The position numbers and the translations under genes were made by a program. 64,000 nt of DNA from Scenedesmus sp. PABB004 (Eukaryota), in NCBI GenBank assembly GCA_014905635.1, contig JABVCE010000002.1, positions 1,860,001-1,924,000 on the forward strand. Reading direction: 5' to 3'. A model generated the notes under the pieces. The model searched no databases and had not been told where the DNA came from. It saw only the letters and a list, made by a program, of their open reading frames with translations. This document shows positions 57,940-64,000 of the stretch, piece by piece (the first letter of the stretch is position 1; the number at the start of each line of letters is the position of its first letter).

Positions 57940-60900
57940 TCACTGCGGCCGGATGACAAACACGGCGTCCGTGATCTGCAGCACGGTGTCGGGGTCGGGG
58001 TGCGTCGCGACAAAGGGCAGCCGCCACGCCCGGTTCTCCGCCTTGCGCCGCAGCAGCCCCAGCGCGACGTGGCGGTCCTGCGGCGCCGGCGCCGACAGCA
58101 GCGCCGCGACGAGCTCTCGATACGTGCAGCCGACGAGGTGCGGCGGCACAGGCAGCTGCCGCAGCATCGCGCCGCCGGGGCGCCCGTCGTCGCCTGCGCG
58201 CGCGGGCGGGCGCCGCGGGGCGTGGCGCGCAGGGCGCGGGCGGGCGCTCCCCGCGCAGCGCGGCGCGGCCCCCGGGGCGGCGGCGGCGCCAGCGCTGGCG
58301 CCGCGGGGCTCGCCGCGCGTCCGCGCGGCGCGGCGGCGCGTCGCACCGGCGAGCTCGGTCATGAGGTCCTGCAGCGCGCGGCGCTTGAAGAAGCCCTGGC
58401 AGGTGAACGTGTCGAGCAGCGCGGGCACCATCACGCGCCCCGCGGCGTAGTAGCTGTTCAGCTGGGGGAGAGAGAGAGAGAGAGAGAGGAGGGGCAGAGG
58501 GGTGGTGCGCGGGCGGCGGCAGCGGCGGCGGCAGCGTGAGGGGCCGGCGTGAGCGCAAGCGCGGCCGCGCGGCACGGCGCAGCGCCGCGCCGCGCCTGCC
58601 ACTCCGTGAGGCCCTCCGCGCGCCCGGCGTCCTCAATCTCCTTGCGGTGCCGCCAGCTGCTGCGCGGCTGCCGCGGCGGCGGCGCCGGCGGCGGCGCGGC
58701 CGCCGGCGGCGGCGGCCGCCGGCGCGGCTGCTGCGGCGACGAGCTGCGGCTGCCGGGCGGCCCCGCCGCTGCGCCGCCCGGCTCGCGGTCGCGTGCCTCG
58801 TCGGCGTCGCGCGGCGCGCGGCGCCGCGCGTCGCCGCCGCCGACCAGTGCCGCGAGCCCGCCGACGAGGCGGCCCACCGCGGCACGCGCGCCGCCGCGCA
58901 GCGGGGGCTCGTCGTAGCTCCCCGCGCTGTGCGGCGGCGCGCGGCCGTGCAGGAGCAGGCCGGGCTGCAGGAAGCGGATGGAGCTGGTAAACCCCAGCTC
59001 CACGACCGTGTGCAGCGCGTCGGGCAGCAGCACCTCCCCCACGCCGTAGCAGGAGCGCAGCGCGTCGGCGTCGGCGAGCACGGCGGTGCGGCTGCTCGCG
59101 CCGGGCTCGCGGCTCGTGGGGTCGCCGTAGACGCCCGACACCGACAGGCTCGCGAGGTGCGTCGGGCGCTCCGACGCGCCCAGCACGACGAGCGAGCGCG
59201 CGGCCGCGGCCGCCGCCGCCGCGAGCGCGCCGCCGGAGGAGGGCTGGCCGCGGACGTAGTAGGTGGGACCGAGCGCGCTCAGCGCCTCAAACACCTCCCT
59301 GCGGCGGGTGTGACGGCGGGTGCGGCGACGGCGGCGCAGAGACTCGCCGACGCGCGCCGCGCCGCGGCGAGCCGCCGGCGAGGCCGCGGGCGGCGAGGCT
59401 GCGGCCGCGCGCGGGGCGCGCACCTGGGCGGCGGCTCCGGGTGCAAGATGACGAGCGCGGGCGGCATGGGCGCCATCGCGTGCAGCTGCTCCGCAAAGCC
59501 CACGAAGCTGCTCGCGCAGCCGGCCAGGATGAAGTGACCGCTCAGCTGCCGCGGCACGGGGCCGCCCAGCAGGGGCGGCGCGGCGGCGGCCTGGGGGCCA
59601 GAGGGGCCCCCGGCGTCGCCCGCGCCCGCTGCGGCGCGGGGCTCGAGCGCGCCGCCGCCGCCGTCTCCAGCCTCCTGCTGCGCGTCGCCCAGCAGGCGCT
59701 GGGCCGCGGCCGCAGGCGTGCCCGGCTGCCCGGCGCCGCCGCCGGCCGCCCGCGCCTCGCGCTGCTCCTGGCGCTTTCGCTGCAGCAGCGCCGCCTCAAG
59801 CAGCTCGCTGTCAGTGCTGCGCGCGGCGGCGGCGGCGGCGGCGGCGGCAGCGCTCACGGCGCGGGCCGTTCGGCGCCGCTGGCTGCGCGGGCGGCAGCAG
59901 CCGCAGCAGCGCTGCTGCCGGCGCGAGCGCTCACCAGATCTCTGTCTCGTCCATGGAGTCGCTCTCGAACGAGCCCATCCAGTTGGTGAGGCATGGGTTG
60001 AGCGCAGCGAGCGTCTCGTCGGCGTCGGCGTCCGCCTCATCAAACTCGGCCGACCGTGGCGAGCCGGCGGGGCCGAAGCTCGCGCTGCCGGGCTGGCTGA
60101 TGACGTCCCGCAGCACAAACGGGCGGGGCGGCGCCGGCGCCGGCGGCTGCTGCTGCCACTGCTGCGCCCGTGGCGCCGCCGGCCGCGCCTGCTGCGCCTG
60201 CTGTGCCTGCTGCGCCTGCGGTGCCGCCTGCTGCGCCTGCGGTGCCGCCTGCTGCACCTGCTGCGCCTGCTGCTGCAGGCGCAGACCCTGGTAGCCGCGA
60301 CGCTCCAGCGCCGCCTGCAGCTCCAGCTGCTCCTGCCCCTGCTGCTGCGCCTGCTGCTGCTGCCCCTGGTGCTGCTGCTCCCAGGCGCCGCGGTCGCTGC
60401 TCAACCGCACTTGCACCTGCTGCCGCCGCTTGCCGCCGCCTCGGCCCTCGGGCCCGACCTGCAGCAGCTCCTCAGCGAGCAGCCCCGGCACGCGCACGCG
60501 CACCGTGCTCGCGCCCCGCGCGGCGGCGCGCTGCGGCTGCGCCGCGTCGTCGCCAGCGCCGGTTGCGAGCGCGGCGGTCGCCGCCGCCGCCGCGAGCGCG
60601 CAGCTCAGGCTCCGCAGCTCGAGGCCCTCGCCCGCCGCGCCGGCCTCCGCCACGGCCTGCGTGGTCGCCAGCACCGCCACGGTCTGGCCCTGCTTGATGC
60701 GATAGCTGCCCGGGTTGAGAAGCAGCCGCTGGCTGCGCGTCTGCGGCGGTGGCGGCGTGGGCGGTGGCGGTCAGCGTCGTTGGCGGCGGCGGCGTCGGGC
60801 GCCGCGCGCGCCGCGCCCCGCGGTGGCTCGGCCACCGCGCACCCACCTGCACCACGCCGACCAGCAGCGCGCCGCTCGCGTCGTAGGCCGCCTCTGCGGC

Positions 60901-62213
60901 AGAGCTGAACCGCAGCCCCGCGAGCGCCGGCCCCGCGGGGGCAAAGAAGAGCTCGCAGTGCGCGCCGTCGGCGTACTCACGCAGCCAGCGCCGCCCCGCC
61001 ATCGTCTCGCCGCCGCCGCGCGCGCCCGCGCGCCCCGCGTCGTCACGGCTGCCGGTGGGGCTGCCGGCCGCGCCGGCGCCGCCGCCGCGCGCGCCGGGCC
61101 GCGCCGCGTGGCGCGGCCCGCCCGCCGCGCCCGCGTTGGGCCCGCTGCAGCGCAGGAGGTTGGCGAGCAGCGTGGACGCGCCGGGGCAGAGGCTGTTGAG
61201 GGCGAGCAGGCGCAGGCGCGTGCCCTCCACGCTTGAGATGACGTCCTGGTTGGGGTCGAGGAAGGGTGCGATGACCGACACCGACGCGGCGCGCAGGACC
61301 TGCACGTACAGCGGCACGCGCTTCACCGCCGCCTTGATCGCCCAGACGCGGAACTGCACGTCCGTGTCCTCCGCGGCCGCGTTGCTGCTGAACCTGCGGC
61401 GGGCGGCGGCGGCGCGGCGCGGCGGCTGTCGGCGGCCCGCGCGGTTGGGCGCGCGGCGCGCGGCGTGGCCCGCGCGGCCCGCGCGACGGCGGTGCGGCCC
61501 GCGCGGCGCGGCTCTGACCTGTCGGCGAGGACCATCGCGCCGGTGCTGCCGGCGAGCTTGGCCCGCGTGAGCAGGTCCTCCTCGCTGAACGCGCTGCCCT
61601 CCACGAGCGTGAGGTGCGCCTCGTGCAGCTCCTGCGGCGCCGCCACGGGGTGGCCCACCGCGGTGTGTGCACGCGCGCGCGTTGGCGAGCGCGGCGGCCT
61701 GACGGGTGCGTGTGTGTGCGTGCGCGCGCGCACCTGCAGGGCCAGGAACTCCACCGACGGCTTGTTGCAGAGGCAGACCAGCTGCAGGCCGCCGCGCCCG
61801 CCCGACGGCCGGCCGCGCACCTGCGCCGCAGCGGCGGGCACGCGTCGCGCGTCGCGCCGGCGCCGCAGGCGCGCGCGGCCGCCGGCCTGCGCGCCCCGTG
61901 TGCGTGCGCGTGCGCGTGCGCGTGGCTGCAGGCCGCGCCTGCACGAGGAAGTCCTGCAAGAAGTCGTTGAAGCCGCGCACGTCGCTGAGGCGCCCGCTAA
62001 GCACCACGTACTCGCGGCTCCCCGGCGCCCGGCCCGGCGCGTGGCCCGCGCTGCTGAGCCGCCCCGAGAGGCGCGAGTAGAGCTGGCTCGCGCGCACGGG
62101 GATGAGCACCACGCCCGCCATCATCATCACCAGCACAAACAGACGCCCTGCGGCGCACGCGGCGGACGCGGCGGTGGCGGCGCGGGGTCGGGGCGGCGCG
62201 CGCTGCATTGCGC

Positions 62214-62249
<36 letters not shown>

Positions 62250-63852
62250 GTCGAAGGCGGGCGTCGCGGCCGCGCCGCGGGGCGGGGCGCGCACCCAGGC
62301 TCGACTTGACCACGACGTCGCCGTACCCGACGGTCGTGATCGTGGACGTCACAAAGTAAAACGCGTCGTGCCACGCCCACCTGCGCGGGGACGGCGGCGG
62401 CAGTGGCGCGGCTTGACAGGGGAGCCGCGGCGGGACGGGGAGCCGCGGCAGGCGGAGATGGCAGCTGTCGGGCGGGTGGAGCGGCTGGGCGGGCGGCGCC
62501 GCTCACTTCTCCATGACCGCCACGCAGCTCGCCGAGGTGAAGAGCCAGGCCACCACGCTCGCGACGAGCCAGACGAGGGGCACGTTGAGGTTGCCCGCGA
62601 TCAGCGCGCCCCTGCCGGGCGGCGGCGGGCGGCGGTGCGGTCGGCGGCGGCGCGGCGGGCGACCGCTCGGCGCCGCGCGGCCGTCGCCCGCGCGGGTGGG
62701 CGGCGCGGCAGCCGAGCGGGTGCGGGCAGCGTGCCTGTTGGTCTTCATCGCGCTGAGGTTGCCGGCCAGCAGGCTGAGGCGCAGCAGGCGCAGCGCGCGA
62801 AAGACGCGGAACCAGCGCAGGTCGAGCAGGCCCCACGGCGCGGCGAGCTGCAGCCCCGCCGGCGCGGCCGCGGCGAGCAGGGAGGGCGCAAAGGAGAGCA
62901 GGTCCACCAGCGCGAGCGGGTGCAGCGCCGCGAGCAGCGGGTGCGCCGACGACGTCTGTGCGGCGCGGCGCGCCGCAGGGCGGGGACCGCTCAGCGGCGC
63001 GGGCGCACGGGCGCGGGCGCGGTGCGCGGCGCGCGGCGCGCGGCGCGCGGTGCACCACGAGGCGCTGCGCCCAGTCGGCGGCAAAGACGAGGCAGAGCCC
63101 CATGTCCAGCCACCACCGCGGCTCGCCCGGGACGACGGGCGAGTACGTGCTGCGCGGCGGGGCGCGGCGCGGGCGTCGCGCCGGGCCGGGGCCCGCCGCC
63201 GCGCTGCTGGCCTGCCTGCGCACGCGCGGCGCGCCGCCCTGGCGCGGCCGCCGGCCAGCTGCACGCTGCGCGCGCACGCGCGCACCTCCAGACGTAGAGA
63301 AGAACGAAGAGCAGGCAGGCGAGCAGCTGGCAGCCTTCGAGCACTAGCCGCGCCTCGGGCTCCTCCAGCGCCGCCGCGCCGCGCCGCGCGCGGCGGCGCA
63401 GCGCGCGCAGCGCGTCGCCGCACGCCGCCGCCGCGCCGCTCAGGAGCGCCGCCGCGAAGCTGCCCGCCGACGTGGCCGCGTCGGCGGCGGGCAGCGCGAG
63501 CGGGTCGCCGGGCGGGCGCGGCGGCGACGGCCAGGCCGCGCCGCCGCCGTGCGCCGCTGAGAGGGCCAGGCCCTGCCGGCGGCGGGGCCGCGCCGGCGGG
63601 CGGCGCGGCGCCTGCGCGGGGCGGCGGCGGCCGCGTTGTGAGCGCGCGTCCCGCTCGCTGCTGCCGGCGGCGGCACCGGCGGCGCCGCGCGCTGCTGCCG
63701 CCGCGCCTGCAGCACCGCGGGGATGCCGGCATGCGGCCGTGATGGCCACGAGACGCCGACTGGCCGCATGCTGGGAGCACCCGGCTGCTGCTGCTGCTCC
63801 CCGGAAGGCTACGGCGCCGCGCGCCCGGCGCTGGCGGCCGCGGGGCGCGCAT
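57940..63852 (-). CDS. BK/Slo-like potassium channel with tandem RCK domains; start uncertain
   Basis: S4 LRWFRVFRALRLLRL, pore WHDAFYFVTSTITTVGYGD, RCK1 (LVEGSAF, RVWAIK, LLALNSLCPGASTLLANL), RCK2 (HFILAG, YYVRGQP, VLADAD, YYAAGRV, FVATHP...DAVFVI*). Confidence 0.9.
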
Positions 63853-64000
63853 AGGGTGAGGCCGCGTGTCGTAGAGTGCGGTCGAGACGGCGCCGCCGCC
63901 GCGTCGGGGCGCGCGCGTCGGCGCGGGGCTTTGCAGCGCGGCGCCGCCGCCGACGCGGCGCCGAGTCCCCCAGCACCCCGCCGCCCGCCCACAAGCGCGC

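Noticed and set aside
9901..63852. Ion-transport gene cluster (CLC, CAX, TauE, BK)
   Set aside because: The genes are interspersed with unrelated housekeeping genes over 54 kb, with no evidence of functional clustering.

Overview
This is eukaryotic nuclear DNA: very GC-rich, gene-dense and full of short spliceosomal introns, most consistent with a chlorophyte green alga (Sphaeropleales-like; inference). Most long ORFs in the six-frame track are GC-rich artefacts, so genes were rebuilt exon by exon by eye. Recognisable genes in order: ELP1 (5' partial), an unknown protein built from a triplicated exon-intron unit, MiaB/CDK5RAP1, a CLC transporter, an F-box/LRR protein, a CAX exchanger, an OAS-like nucleotidyltransferase with an apparent N-terminal PAZ domain, a Ubc6-type E2, MPP10, an epoxide hydrolase, a large OPR-like protein, a 5'-truncated LINE with two tandem 3' ends next to tRNA-Trp(CCA), an unknown decaying gene overlaid by fold-back hairpins, an M43 metalloprotease, a PP2C, a SAP-domain protein, a TauE/SafE transporter and a BK/Slo-like K+ channel. 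The best novelty candidates are (1) the PAZ-OAS fusion at 21731-24366, a possible RNA-end-sensing oligoadenylate signalling enzyme, and (2) the array of at least six 22-45 bp hairpins at 43975-46667, several made from inverted copies of the host gene's own exons. GC-AG introns are unusually common. Several genes need single-base frameshift corrections, which are probably consensus errors. All calls come from manual motif recognition; no searches were run.
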